A DNA stretch of 64,000 nt, taken from a virus. Made by a program: the position numbers and the translations under genes. The stretch lies in the IMG/VR virus record IMGVR_UViG_3300028393_000021, one strand, 5' to 3'. Shown here piece by piece: positions 26,545 to 35,426 of this stretch; positions within the stretch are counted from its first letter, which is position 1; every line of letters starts with the position of its first letter. The notes beneath the pieces were generated by a model. That model had not been told where the DNA came from, did not search any database, and saw only the letters and a list, made by a program, of their open reading frames with translations.

Positions 26545-26882
26545 TTGTTTTGGTAATAAGGTAAGTCCTACCTCAGGGATCAGTGCTTACGCAGCAATCG
26601 CCCAAACTGAATCGTTTGCATTTAGGTTTTTTGTGTCTACGACCGGGTTACCCCAATCCTAACGGCTTCTACATTGCCGGACTGTCCATTTCATTACTCT
26701 TGACCCAATCGATCCTGTGTCAGGCCCATCATAAACATACTTCATGGATGAACCCACGTGTCACCTTGCGGTTAGAGTATGTTTATGGTGGACCTGGCGG
26801 GCACTGCCCCCGCGTCTTGAATCCTTTTCAATCTACTTCATACAGTCTTAACTCTTACTTATCACGAAGATTTTAATTTTGT
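26545..26882 (-). ncRNA. ssrA: Circularly permuted (two-piece) tmRNA; tag (A)ANDSVWAIAA*
   Basis: On -: T arm gcggg-GGCAGTG-cccgc and CAGGTCC-A-CCA (ends 26786) lie UPSTREAM of the 5' end GGGCCTG (starts 26727). Acceptor stem pairs 7/7 with G3.U70; P2a ttgggtc/gattcaa; tag ORF 26619-26587. Outer ends approximate. Confidence 0.9.
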
Positions 26883-27020
26883 AATAATATTATACACTTC
26901 GGAATAAGCATTGGTAATTTCATCCATTTGTTGTTCTGACAGTGAAGGATTTTCTTCAAGGTGAACCAGATCTTTGGCTAGATTTTTCTGTAGTTCTTCA
27001 AGTGGGTCCGGAGGGAGCAT
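26862..27020 (-). CDS. Hypothetical 52-aa protein (MLPPDPLE...)
   Basis: Hand translation; its 3' end contains a TATAAT (26894-26889) that could drive the tmRNA. Confidence 0.5.
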   Translation of the reverse strand: MLPPDPLEELQKNLAKDLVHLEENPSLSEQQMDEITNAYSEVYNIITKLKSS

Positions 27021-27074
27021 ATAAAAATCTTTTTTACGCAGGTCGCTACGCTCTTCTATATGTGGTTTCGGAAC

Positions 27075-27179
27075 TTACTTCTTCTTTTTAACAGCTCGTT
27101 TAGCCATAGCATTCAAGCTGCGTGGTTTAGGTGGTTTCTTACCTTTGAGGATTTGGCTAACTCTACGTGGGCTGGGCAT
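27075..27179 (-). CDS. 34-aa highly basic peptide
   Basis: MPSPRRVSQILKGKKPPKPRSLNAMAKRAVKKKK; SD aggag. Confidence 0.65.
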   Translation of the reverse strand: MPSPRRVSQILKGKKPPKPRSLNAMAKRAVKKKK

Positions 27180-27209
27180 ATTTGACTCCTAGTTAAAAGC
27201 TATATATAT

Positions 27210-27416
27210 TTATGATTTAAGTTGAGTCAGCACTTCGGTAATGGATTCACTAACTTCCCAAGTTCCGTGGGGTGGACAAAATATAAAAGTCACTGCATCT
27301 AAAGAACCATCTTCTCTAGGAACTGTGGCATTATGCATAGTGACTATTAGATCTTTACGGATGCAAATTGTGTTACCTTTGTGTGCCAGGTTAGCGTTGG
27401 TTAATTTTAAGTACAT
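27210..27416 (-). CDS. Hypothetical protein
   Basis: 68-aa ORF from track. Confidence 0.6.
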   Translation of the reverse strand: MYLKLTNANLAHKGNTICIRKDLIVTMHNATVPREDGSLDAVTFIFCPPHGTWEVSESITEVLTQLKS

Positions 27417-27743
27417 GAGTAATTATAACTTGGGTTAAGAAATTAATCTATATGTTTGACAAATAAATTTTCCAGCAATCTAAAATTTAGCAACATTAGA
27501 CATAAGTATGTGTATAATATAAAGATGCCATTAACCCAATGTTAATTTACATTCTAGTGTATTCGGAAGAATATTGTAATGAATTTGATGTACTAGAGTG
27601 TGCTCGTATATATCAAAAAGCCTATGGTGGAAAAATATATTCGGTTGAGTTACCAAATAACTCCAAACGCTCCAGGAAGAAAACAACATAGTTTTACCTA
27701 ATTTAATAATAAATAGTCATTATATAACACTTGGGAAATCATA

Positions 27744-28097
27744 ATGGCTATTCTAATTATCAATACTGGCTCCACAGCAAATGCAGGAAATGGCGATAGT
27801 CTACGCACAGCTTTTAACAAGGTTAATAGTAATTTTGCATATTTAGGCAGTTCTAGTCGCTCTGGTCCCCAGGGTCTTATAGGGTTCACTGGTAGTCGAG
27901 GTAATTTAGGATATACTGGTAGTGTTGGTTATACAGGTTCAGCAAGTACAGCAACTGGATATATTGGTAGTGTTGGATATACTGGATCAGCAAGTGCGGC
28001 ACGTAATGGTGGATCGGCTGCTGGCATGGCCGCGGCTGGATTTAGGCCCTGCTATTACAATCCCACAACTGGTGAGTTTGTCTACGCTAGCTCATAA
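27744..28097 (+). CDS. Small virion protein: baseplate/fibre-type N-terminal motif plus GYTGS repeats
   Basis: INTGSTANAGNGDSLRTAFNKVNSNF resembles T4 gp9/gp10-type N-termini; GYTGSVGYTGS repeats. Confidence 0.55.
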   Translation: MAILIINTGSTANAGNGDSLRTAFNKVNSNFAYLGSSSRSGPQGLIGFTGSRGNLGYTGSVGYTGSASTATGYIGSVGYTGSASAARNGGSAAGMAAAGFRPCYYNPTTGEFVYASS

Positions 28098-28110
28098 GTT
28101 TTAATCAATA

Positions 28111-28139
28111 AAAAAGCCCAGCTTATGCCTGGGCTTTTT
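28111..28139. terminator. Bidirectional intrinsic terminator
   Basis: aaaaagcccag-cttatgc-ctgggcttttt between convergent genes. Confidence 0.8.
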
Positions 28140-28318
28140 CATATGCTCTCAAAGCTAACTGTCTAGCTAACCATAATCTAAATTTTACGTGATCACTTAG
28201 ACCTTCATCTTCGTGATCACATGTATTATCACATGGTACTAGAGTCGGGCGACGATATGCAATATGAAGATTGAGCTCGTCAACTGCATCATAGTCGCTG
28301 TCGTCTATTTCCCCTGGA

Positions 28319-28546
28319 TTACTTCTTTGCAGGTTCAGCAGTTTTTGCTGCGTCCTTGATAGCAGGTGCTTGACTTTTGACAGGCGCAGTTTCAGCCTTC
28401 TTTTCTACTTTGCAATTCTTGTCTTTAACAGGATCACATTTTGCTGGAGCGGCTAGTGTAGCAGGAGCAGCAGGAGTCTTAGCAGGCTCCGCAGCAAAAG
28501 CGGATACTACAAATAATGATGCAATAAGAGTGGCGATAGTTTTCAT
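28319..28546 (-). CDS. Small secreted Ala/Pro/Lys-rich protein
   Basis: Signal peptide MKTIATLIASLFVVSAFA; SD aagga. Confidence 0.7.
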   Translation of the reverse strand: MKTIATLIASLFVVSAFAAEPAKTPAAPATLAAPAKCDPVKDKNCKVEKKAETAPVKSQAPAIKDAAKTAEPAKK

Positions 28547-28625
28547 TTTAAGTTTCCTTTAGGTTAATGAAATTTATGCTTGACATTAATGTCTTGCATA
28601 CGTATATAACGCGATGGAAGACCAT

Positions 28626-29312
28626 CTAGTTTACAAGAATTTTATTAATTTTACCCAAAGCTACATAGCTATCATGTTGCTCATTCAAAGATAGTATTGA
28701 TATATTAAAATATTGAAACATTTGTAAAATGAGTTGATTATCAAACACATGCTGATGTAAGCAACGGTTTTCAATATTCTTCAAAGAACGATTTACAAAG
28801 TTCAAAAAGGTTCCGGCTGCTGGATCCATCGGTAGATCATGTAATTTCAATATCTCTTCCAAATGTGTAAGATCCGAGTCGTCAACATTATTATTCAAAT
28901 CTTCAAGCAGATGGTTAAATGTAGTAACTGGGCGATTGTGATCAAAGTTACTTTCTTTTTTTGGTAATACTAAAAATAAAGAACCACCAGGTTTGAGAAC
29001 ACGTATCCATTCTTGAATTGCTTTAAATGGATTAGCTACATGTTCTAAATTGTGCGATGATAACACTAAGTCGTAGCTGTTATCCGCAATAGGCTGTAGG
29101 TCAGTGGCTTCGCAAATATAAAGATCACCGCTCTGACCGTGTCCGTAATGGTATTGGCCTTTACCTACATTTTGATGTTGTTGCCAAACAGTATTGGCAC
29201 TGAAATTTACACCGTCTAGTGAACTAATTGATTGATAAATTTCGTGCAGCCCCCAACTAGGACCGCCAATCTCTATAGCTTTCATTCCACGGCAATATTC
29301 TTGATATGTCAT
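28626..29312 (-). CDS. Class I SAM-dependent methyltransferase
   Basis: IEIGGP motif I variant; YDLVLSSHNLEHV; RVLKPGG. Confidence 0.85.
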   Translation of the reverse strand: MTYQEYCRGMKAIEIGGPSWGLHEIYQSISSLDGVNFSANTVWQQHQNVGKGQYHYGHGQSGDLYICEATDLQPIADNSYDLVLSSHNLEHVANPFKAIQEWIRVLKPGGSLFLVLPKKESNFDHNRPVTTFNHLLEDLNNNVDDSDLTHLEEILKLHDLPMDPAAGTFLNFVNRSLKNIENRCLHQHVFDNQLILQMFQYFNISILSLNEQHDSYVALGKINKILVN

Positions 29313-29358
29313 ATACCCTATATTTACAATGTCAATTAATGACCAACGGGGATTGTGA

Positions 29359-30048
29359 TTACTGTATGCTCAATTCCTGATCATGCAAGTTTCCAATTAA
29401 ATGCATGAGTTTTTCTACTATTTTGCTGTTACGCAGGGTCTTGTATACCAGGTTAGGAATCCCTAGTTCTCCGGTCTGTTTTAGACCTAATTTGCGGTAA
29501 TCTCGTAGCATTTTCATTACTTTTCTAGCAATTTTGAGGTCGTTTGCTTTCAGAGCGTGGCCCATGACTACTGACCAGATTTTACTCATACGTAATACTT
29601 CATCAGTATCAATTTCTTCTGTTTGCTTTACGGGTCTAGTTTTCCAATCATGTGTACCGATACTATAACTTGCACTAACTGCTGGATGATCGATATCTTC
29701 TATATAAAGTTCTACGGGTATTCCGTGTATGGTTATGTTGTATTGTTTTTTGTACAATAGTCGTTTAGCATCGAATAATTCTGCTGCTTCGCGATCACAT
29801 TGTATTGTTTTAAAATCTACAATGATATGTAAATCTAAGTCGCTGTGCTTTGTATAGTAAAAACTAACTTGCCCGCCGGTTATTACTAGATCGCTGACCT
29901 TAATAGGAACGCCGACATATTCAATAAAATCTTTGGCAATTTTTATCAAAGCATTGTTTACCTCAGATTTTAGTTTATCCCCGTTCCATACCAATGGATT
30001 GAGAGTATCATGTGATTTGAAGCCGAGATTGAATTCTGGAATATGCAT
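29359..30048 (-). CDS. Pol beta-superfamily nucleotidyltransferase
   Basis: ITGGQVSFYYTKHSDLDLH (GS-like plus DxD); later VELY; likely start MHIPEF at 30048. Confidence 0.7.
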   Translation of the reverse strand: MHIPEFNLGFKSHDTLNPLVWNGDKLKSEVNNALIKIAKDFIEYVGVPIKVSDLVITGGQVSFYYTKHSDLDLHIIVDFKTIQCDREAAELFDAKRLLYKKQYNITIHGIPVELYIEDIDHPAVSASYSIGTHDWKTRPVKQTEEIDTDEVLRMSKIWSVVMGHALKANDLKIARKVMKMLRDYRKLGLKQTGELGIPNLVYKTLRNSKIVEKLMHLIGNLHDQELSIQ

Positions 30049-30102
30049 CCAGATATTTATCATGTATGTTTGATTTAAAATAACTATTAGTTAAATATAA
30101 TT

Positions 30103-30666
30103 ATGATTGAACAAACATATCAGGGGTATCTGCTTGCATCGCATCCTAAACGTGTAGATCCGTATCTTAGAAGAAGCACAATGCTAATTATGGAACATAG
30201 TCTGGGTGGTGCCATTGGATTACAAATTAATAAAAATTACAGTAATCTTACCCTAAAAAGTGTTATGGAAAATGTAGGGTTATCATTACCCAATGCACAA
30301 GATTATCCATTGTATAATGGTGGACCCATACACACAAATAGAATTCATGTTGTACATACGCTTGATTGGTATAGTCCCACTACAATGAGAATAAATGATA
30401 AAATTGGCGTTAGTAAAGATATAAGTGTACTAACTGCACTGGCAAATAATGAAGGACCAGAGTATTTTAGAACCATAGCAGGTTATACCAAATGGTTACC
30501 AGGGCACTTAGATGGTGAGATTATAGGTGAAGACCCCTGGTCAATTAATCACTCATGGACATTTATCCCTGCAGATGTCAATACATTATTTGGACTTGAC
30601 GACATCGATCAATGGCATAGGGTAATTTCTGAAAGTGGGAGGATACAAGTCTCCCACTGGTTTTAA
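30103..30666 (+). CDS. yqgE: YqgE/AlgH (DUF179) family protein
   Basis: LLASHP...GAIGLQIN...YNGGP...GYTKWLPGHLDGEI...W. Confidence 0.8.
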   Translation: MIEQTYQGYLLASHPKRVDPYLRRSTMLIMEHSLGGAIGLQINKNYSNLTLKSVMENVGLSLPNAQDYPLYNGGPIHTNRIHVVHTLDWYSPTTMRINDKIGVSKDISVLTALANNEGPEYFRTIAGYTKWLPGHLDGEIIGEDPWSINHSWTFIPADVNTLFGLDDIDQWHRVISESGRIQVSHWF

Positions 30667-32111
30667 TCGCGTTCGCTATTTAATCCAGCAAGTATAGTCC
30701 TAATATCCCCTACCTTAGAACCCTTGTTGAATTTGTTAATACCTATTCCCTGAGTAGGATTTACGTCTGTTATTTCTCCAGTATCAGGATGAGTAGTAGT
30801 CGAAACAACACTAGTTCTTTTCAATCCATTATATATACTATTTGATTTGTTGCTTTGCTGGCTAAGGCTTGAGTCTTGTTCATCTTCACCAAGATCACTA
30901 ATACGCAATGTTTCTAGGTTAAATTCTAATTCAACTTTTTGTCCAACTCCACTACTTGAACGTGTCTTCATAAACTGTATTTGATAACGTCCGCGTTCTT
31001 TCATAGCTCTACTGGTAAAGATACCTATCACATTATCTGCTGTCATAATCTTACTTAATCCACCTGAGATATGACTGTGATCAAACTCGATTTCCTCAAC
31101 TGCACTACGATTTAACTGACTAGCAGTTACAGTAATGCATTGTGTTTCCATGGCTAGATTTCTAATCTCTTCTGATACATACTTGTCTTTAACAAACAAA
31201 TCACTTGGACTGACTTTAACACTTAATGGCATCATTAAATCTAAGTAATCAATAAGAAGTACATCGGGTTTACATCCTTTCTTTACTTGATATTCTTTCA
31301 AATATGCACGTATATCATTACAGTTCTTACCTGATGGCATATACTTAACTTGTAAGTTGCCTGACCTCTTACCGAGAACTTTAACTTTTAATTCTACATC
31401 GTCAATGTTCTTAAAGATCTCTCTAGTTCCGATTCCTGTGGTCATAGAATCTAAACGCATAGCAACTAGCCCTTCACTTAACTCAAATGTTAGATATAAC
31501 ACATTTAGTCCTGCCATGGCCCAGTTTACGCCTAAATTTGCCAAGAACAAACTTTTACCACCTCCCGATCCTGCACAGAATATATTCAGTTCACCTCTAT
31601 TAAAACCACCATATAACTTACGATCAATGCTGGGCCAACCTGTGCTAATTTGACCATTACCATCTTTAAGTTTAGTAAGACGTGCTCTAGGATCTTCAAA
31701 GTAATCCGTACCCATATCCTTATTCAGTGATATCTGTATAGCATCTTTAATTAGTTTTTCTACAGGACCGTAGTCGCCTTTTTCCAACAAGTCTGCGCTA
31801 TCTAAAATAGCTCGCTCAAGACCCTTGTGTCGACTAAAGTTTTCAAATTCATCCATTAGCCATTCATAATTTTCTTTGGGTAATACCACTGGTTTTAGAT
31901 CTATGCCAACACTGGCATTAACAATACTTGCTTCGGGCATGACTTTATATTCATCAACATACTGGTTAATGAAATCGGCAGTATCTCTCAGACGTTGATC
32001 AAAATTAAGAGGATCAAAAATGTTTTGGCAACGTGCAAATGTTTCGCCATTGCTCATAAACATTTCTAGATATAACTTTTGTATATCATAATTATAATTT
32101 GGTTTAGTCAT
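30663..32111 (-). CDS. gp41: DnaB-like replicative helicase (T4 gp41-like)
   Basis: Walker A AGSGGGKS; YLTFEL; LLIDYLD; TASQLNR; IQFMKTR. Confidence 0.92.
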   Translation of the reverse strand: MTKPNYNYDIQKLYLEMFMSNGETFARCQNIFDPLNFDQRLRDTADFINQYVDEYKVMPEASIVNASVGIDLKPVVLPKENYEWLMDEFENFSRHKGLERAILDSADLLEKGDYGPVEKLIKDAIQISLNKDMGTDYFEDPRARLTKLKDGNGQISTGWPSIDRKLYGGFNRGELNIFCAGSGGGKSLFLANLGVNWAMAGLNVLYLTFELSEGLVAMRLDSMTTGIGTREIFKNIDDVELKVKVLGKRSGNLQVKYMPSGKNCNDIRAYLKEYQVKKGCKPDVLLIDYLDLMMPLSVKVSPSDLFVKDKYVSEEIRNLAMETQCITVTASQLNRSAVEEIEFDHSHISGGLSKIMTADNVIGIFTSRAMKERGRYQIQFMKTRSSSGVGQKVELEFNLETLRISDLGEDEQDSSLSQQSNKSNSIYNGLKRTSVVSTTTHPDTGEITDVNPTQGIGINKFNKGSKVGDIRTILAGLNSERD

Positions 32112-33102
32112 AGAGTGATTGTAATTTTTTCTTTAATAGTTGTATTTTTATCTCGTTTAATTCTCTGTAATGTAATATTGTGAATAATGTATATATTCTC
32201 CCATACTTTGCTACAGCATCTGCTACATCTTTAACATCATTCCAGGGCGGTACGCTAACAGCCCAACCATGCGTTAGTGCTGCTTGGATTAATTTTAAGC
32301 CGGCCTTATCTCTATCAGGAACAACTATCACCTGTTTGCCTAGAGCATTAATTCTAGCGCATTGGGTTTCATTTGGTTCATTATGCATGATTGCAACACC
32401 ATCTATGCCTATTGCATCAAATTGTCCTTCAACTACTATTGTATATTCTCTGTTATTTTTTTGACGGTCTATATTGAATACATATCCTGATTGAGCATCT
32501 GTTAGATACTTAGGTTTCCCTTCGGTAATCTTTCTACCAGTATAACCAACTATCTTACCATCTTGATAAAATGGAATTATTACTCGATCAACGTATCCAG
32601 GTGCAGGACTCCACATCCAATTATACCAGTCAAGTTCCATACCTCGACCTATAATGTATTCGACTACCTTACCTATATCTTCTCCAATATCAGGTAAATG
32701 GGCAGTATTGATCCACTCCATTACCGTCATTGTACCATCCGGTAGAGGTCGTTCTTCCAATGTAAATGTAATTGTTTTTTTAGAAACAGGTTGATCGTCT
32801 TTGAGTTTTAGTGCTATCAATCCAAGTTTAGAAATTTCATTGTCTGATAACCCTAACCATTTAAACAAACTTTTGGTATTCTTAGTTAGTAGATGTCCGG
32901 GTGTCCACCCTGCCTTAAAATTACAATTAAAACAATGATATGTCCAACCACCCTTGACTGTTAACAGTATGCCGCCCCGTTGCCGTGTATCTTTACTATT
33001 ACCAGTATGTATGCAACAGGGCGCATTAAAGCTAGCCCACCCACTTGGAGTGTTTTTTCTTTTTGGTAATAGTGCTAACAGGGCATCCTGTATTTCGTTC
33101 AT
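32104..33102 (-). CDS. gp61: DNA primase (T4 gp61-like)
   Basis: Zn-binding C..H...HCFNC; TOPRIM VVEGQFDA and PDRD. Confidence 0.9.
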   Translation of the reverse strand: MNEIQDALLALLPKRKNTPSGWASFNAPCCIHTGNSKDTRQRGGILLTVKGGWTYHCFNCNFKAGWTPGHLLTKNTKSLFKWLGLSDNEISKLGLIALKLKDDQPVSKKTITFTLEERPLPDGTMTVMEWINTAHLPDIGEDIGKVVEYIIGRGMELDWYNWMWSPAPGYVDRVIIPFYQDGKIVGYTGRKITEGKPKYLTDAQSGYVFNIDRQKNNREYTIVVEGQFDAIGIDGVAIMHNEPNETQCARINALGKQVIVVPDRDKAGLKLIQAALTHGWAVSVPPWNDVKDVADAVAKYGRIYTLFTILHYRELNEIKIQLLKKKLQSLYD

Positions 33103-33110
33103 GCACTATT

Positions 33111-33908
33111 TTAACTTCTATATAAGATTTTGTCAAGGGTTCCGGAGGTTGGAATATGGATAACCCGTACATAGGAATAAACACCCTTAAAGTTTTGATA
33201 TTTAATTCCGGATTGTCCGGTATAAGTTAAAGTTGAAATAGTACTATAATTGCCACTTGACCCCGGATTATTATCCAAAGTTCCTTGAATATAGATTGTT
33301 CCGGAATATCCTGTTAGATATAGTTGCATTGTATGCAATGCATCATTACCATTATATTCCGGATTTGCATATAAATTACCGCTATAGTATTCATAATTAC
33401 CTGTACTGGAATTAATTATACCATTAAATGTAGTAACTGATATGCTATCTTTAAGTACTGGATTTATATCATTGTTAAGATGAATTGTACCTGCCATACC
33501 GTAATATGTATCAGCATATGCAGGTGTATAACTATTATCACTATCTAAAACTTTGATCCCGTATTGATAACTAGTTCTATCTAAATCTAACGTATCGCTT
33601 TCATTAAGAGTTAGTAATGCTAATCCTTTAGTAGAAGTAGACCCATTATCGAGAACATCTAAATTTTTATTAATAATCAATCGTTGATTAATAGCATCAA
33701 ACATGCTGAATACAAATGTTTGTGTATTTGATATTCTAATTTTTTTCTGATCGCTATTCTTAAATTGTATTTGAATTTGATTTTTGATGCCTTTTTGTAT
33801 TTTTAAATCTCGTTGATACATTATTCGGTTAACTCCTACTATATTAGTATCCATATCTAATATAACGTTAATTGTATTTGGATATAAATAGATTGGTAAA
33901 TTCTGCAT
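33111..33908 (-). CDS. Putative structural (baseplate upper protein-like) protein
   Basis: Beta-rich 265 aa; ATAAATA 4 nt before ATG. Confidence 0.45.
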   Translation of the reverse strand: MQNLPIYLYPNTINVILDMDTNIVGVNRIMYQRDLKIQKGIKNQIQIQFKNSDQKKIRISNTQTFVFSMFDAINQRLIINKNLDVLDNGSTSTKGLALLTLNESDTLDLDRTSYQYGIKVLDSDNSYTPAYADTYYGMAGTIHLNNDINPVLKDSISVTTFNGIINSSTGNYEYYSGNLYANPEYNGNDALHTMQLYLTGYSGTIYIQGTLDNNPGSSGNYSTISTLTYTGQSGIKYQNFKGVYSYVRVIHIPTSGTLDKILYRS

Positions 33909-33929
33909 AAGGTATTTATTTTAATTACG

Positions 33930-34307
33930 ATGAAAGATCAATTTCAAGAAAAATTCCCGTTTATTTCCTGTGTACAGTCTAATGAAAAAGAATATGTAGG
34001 CATTATTATCAATTTTGATAATGTTATTGCCAGTATATATGACATATCAATGATGTTAGATGAACAAACAAAAATAGCATTCTTAGAATTAGGGGAAGTT
34101 TGGTGGTGGGAAAGTAACCGCAGAATCCCTATCAATATTTTTCTTAAATCAGAAATGCAATCTTTTAAATCATTTATTAAAACATTCAATGCTAAAGAAG
34201 CATTGTTAGTTTTTGGCCCTGTTGTTAATTTAAGTGAAATTGCAGAAAAAAGAGTTAAACGTAAGTCAATACAGTTAGTACGATCTGTTAAGAGTATCCG
34301 TAGCTGA
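33930..34307 (+). CDS. Hypothetical protein
   Basis: 125-aa ORF from track. Confidence 0.65.
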   Translation: MKDQFQEKFPFISCVQSNEKEYVGIIINFDNVIASIYDISMMLDEQTKIAFLELGEVWWWESNRRIPINIFLKSEMQSFKSFIKTFNAKEALLVFGPVVNLSEIAEKRVKRKSIQLVRSVKSIRS

Positions 34308-34872
34308 GTTTTTCACAGATTAGATTCAACTGCACTACAATAACACTGGCATAAGAAACAGCATGGGCCTTCTTAAAGAAATAGGAATCTTCAGTTTTAA
34401 TCCATATTTCATCTTTGATAGCATGGAAACTTTTTTCCTTGCATATTGGGATGAGATGTTTTTTCCCAGGTCTGATCATGGCAAGGACCATGGCTAATTC
34501 AATAATACTTGTGGGTTTTAATTGAGCAAGTAAGTTATGATATCCGCTAATGTGAAACAATTGATCACATATCTCTTTCTCATACAGTAAATCCCACAGT
34601 GGCTCTGTGTTAAGTAAATAGGTTAGCTGTTCTTCATTCTTAACATCTTTATATGCTGTGACATTTAGAAAATCTATTTTAAAATATCCACGGTCTTCGG
34701 CAGATTTATAATCGATACTAGCAGTGCCTGTTAGTGGATTGTACGGAATAGCATGACAATACACTCCGGTATTGTGCTTTTTAAAAGTTCCGTTATCATC
34801 AATCATCGCAGGGATATGCCGAATTAAATCAAGCACAGTTTTTCTATCAGGAAAGTCAATATCTATGTCCAT
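34288..34872 (-). CDS. Minimal DNA polymerase III alpha (DnaE)-like catalytic fragment
   Basis: MDIDIDF; KHNTGVY; YFKIDFLN; FKKAHAVSY match DnaE palm/finger motifs; only 194 aa. Confidence 0.8.
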   Translation of the reverse strand: MDIDIDFPDRKTVLDLIRHIPAMIDDNGTFKKHNTGVYCHAIPYNPLTGTASIDYKSAEDRGYFKIDFLNVTAYKDVKNEEQLTYLLNTEPLWDLLYEKEICDQLFHISGYHNLLAQLKPTSIIELAMVLAMIRPGKKHLIPICKEKSFHAIKDEIWIKTEDSYFFKKAHAVSYASVIVVQLNLICEKLSYGYS

Positions 34873-35378
34873 TATATTTGTCTAACCTCTACTCCGGATT
34901 TTTCGAGGAATTTGATACCCGAATCATCTCTATAGTTTTCATTATACCATACACGACTAATGCCTGACTGAAAAATGAGCTTGGCACATTCCATACAAGG
35001 ACTGTGAGTAACAAATAAATCAGCCCCAAGACCACTGTTGTTAGACTTCGCCAATTTTGCAAGGGAGTTTGATTCAGCATGTAATACCTCTGGTTTAGTT
35101 TTTAATCCGTATCGGACATCTCGTTGGGCACCTTCGTGCCAGCCTTCGTAAGGATATATGACATCAAACTCTTCGGGGTCAAGCCAACCCCCTGCACCTT
35201 TATCCCAAACTTTGTCTTCACATTCGTTATCCCATCCCGCTGGTGTGCCGTTATAGCCGTAGCTAATGACACTGTCATCTTTGACAATGACAGCACCGAC
35301 TTGGAGTCTTTTAGCGTGACTAAGTTGGGCTGTGCGTTTTGCCCAATCCATATAAAGTTCAATAAATTTTTGTTTCAT
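34872..35378 (-). CDS. cd: dCMP deaminase
   Basis: VGAVIV...GYNG; HAE; PCMECAK. Confidence 0.92.
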   Translation of the reverse strand: MKQKFIELYMDWAKRTAQLSHAKRLQVGAVIVKDDSVISYGYNGTPAGWDNECEDKVWDKGAGGWLDPEEFDVIYPYEGWHEGAQRDVRYGLKTKPEVLHAESNSLAKLAKSNNSGLGADLFVTHSPCMECAKLIFQSGISRVWYNENYRDDSGIKFLEKSGVEVRQI

Positions 35379-35426
35379 TTAATTTCCATCCATGTTGCTC
35401 ACAAAAACTTTTTATATTTTCCATAC

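Noticed and set aside
26583-26876. + strand ORFs 26471..26662 and 26583..26876
   Set aside because: Antisense to the tmRNA, which explains the sequence.
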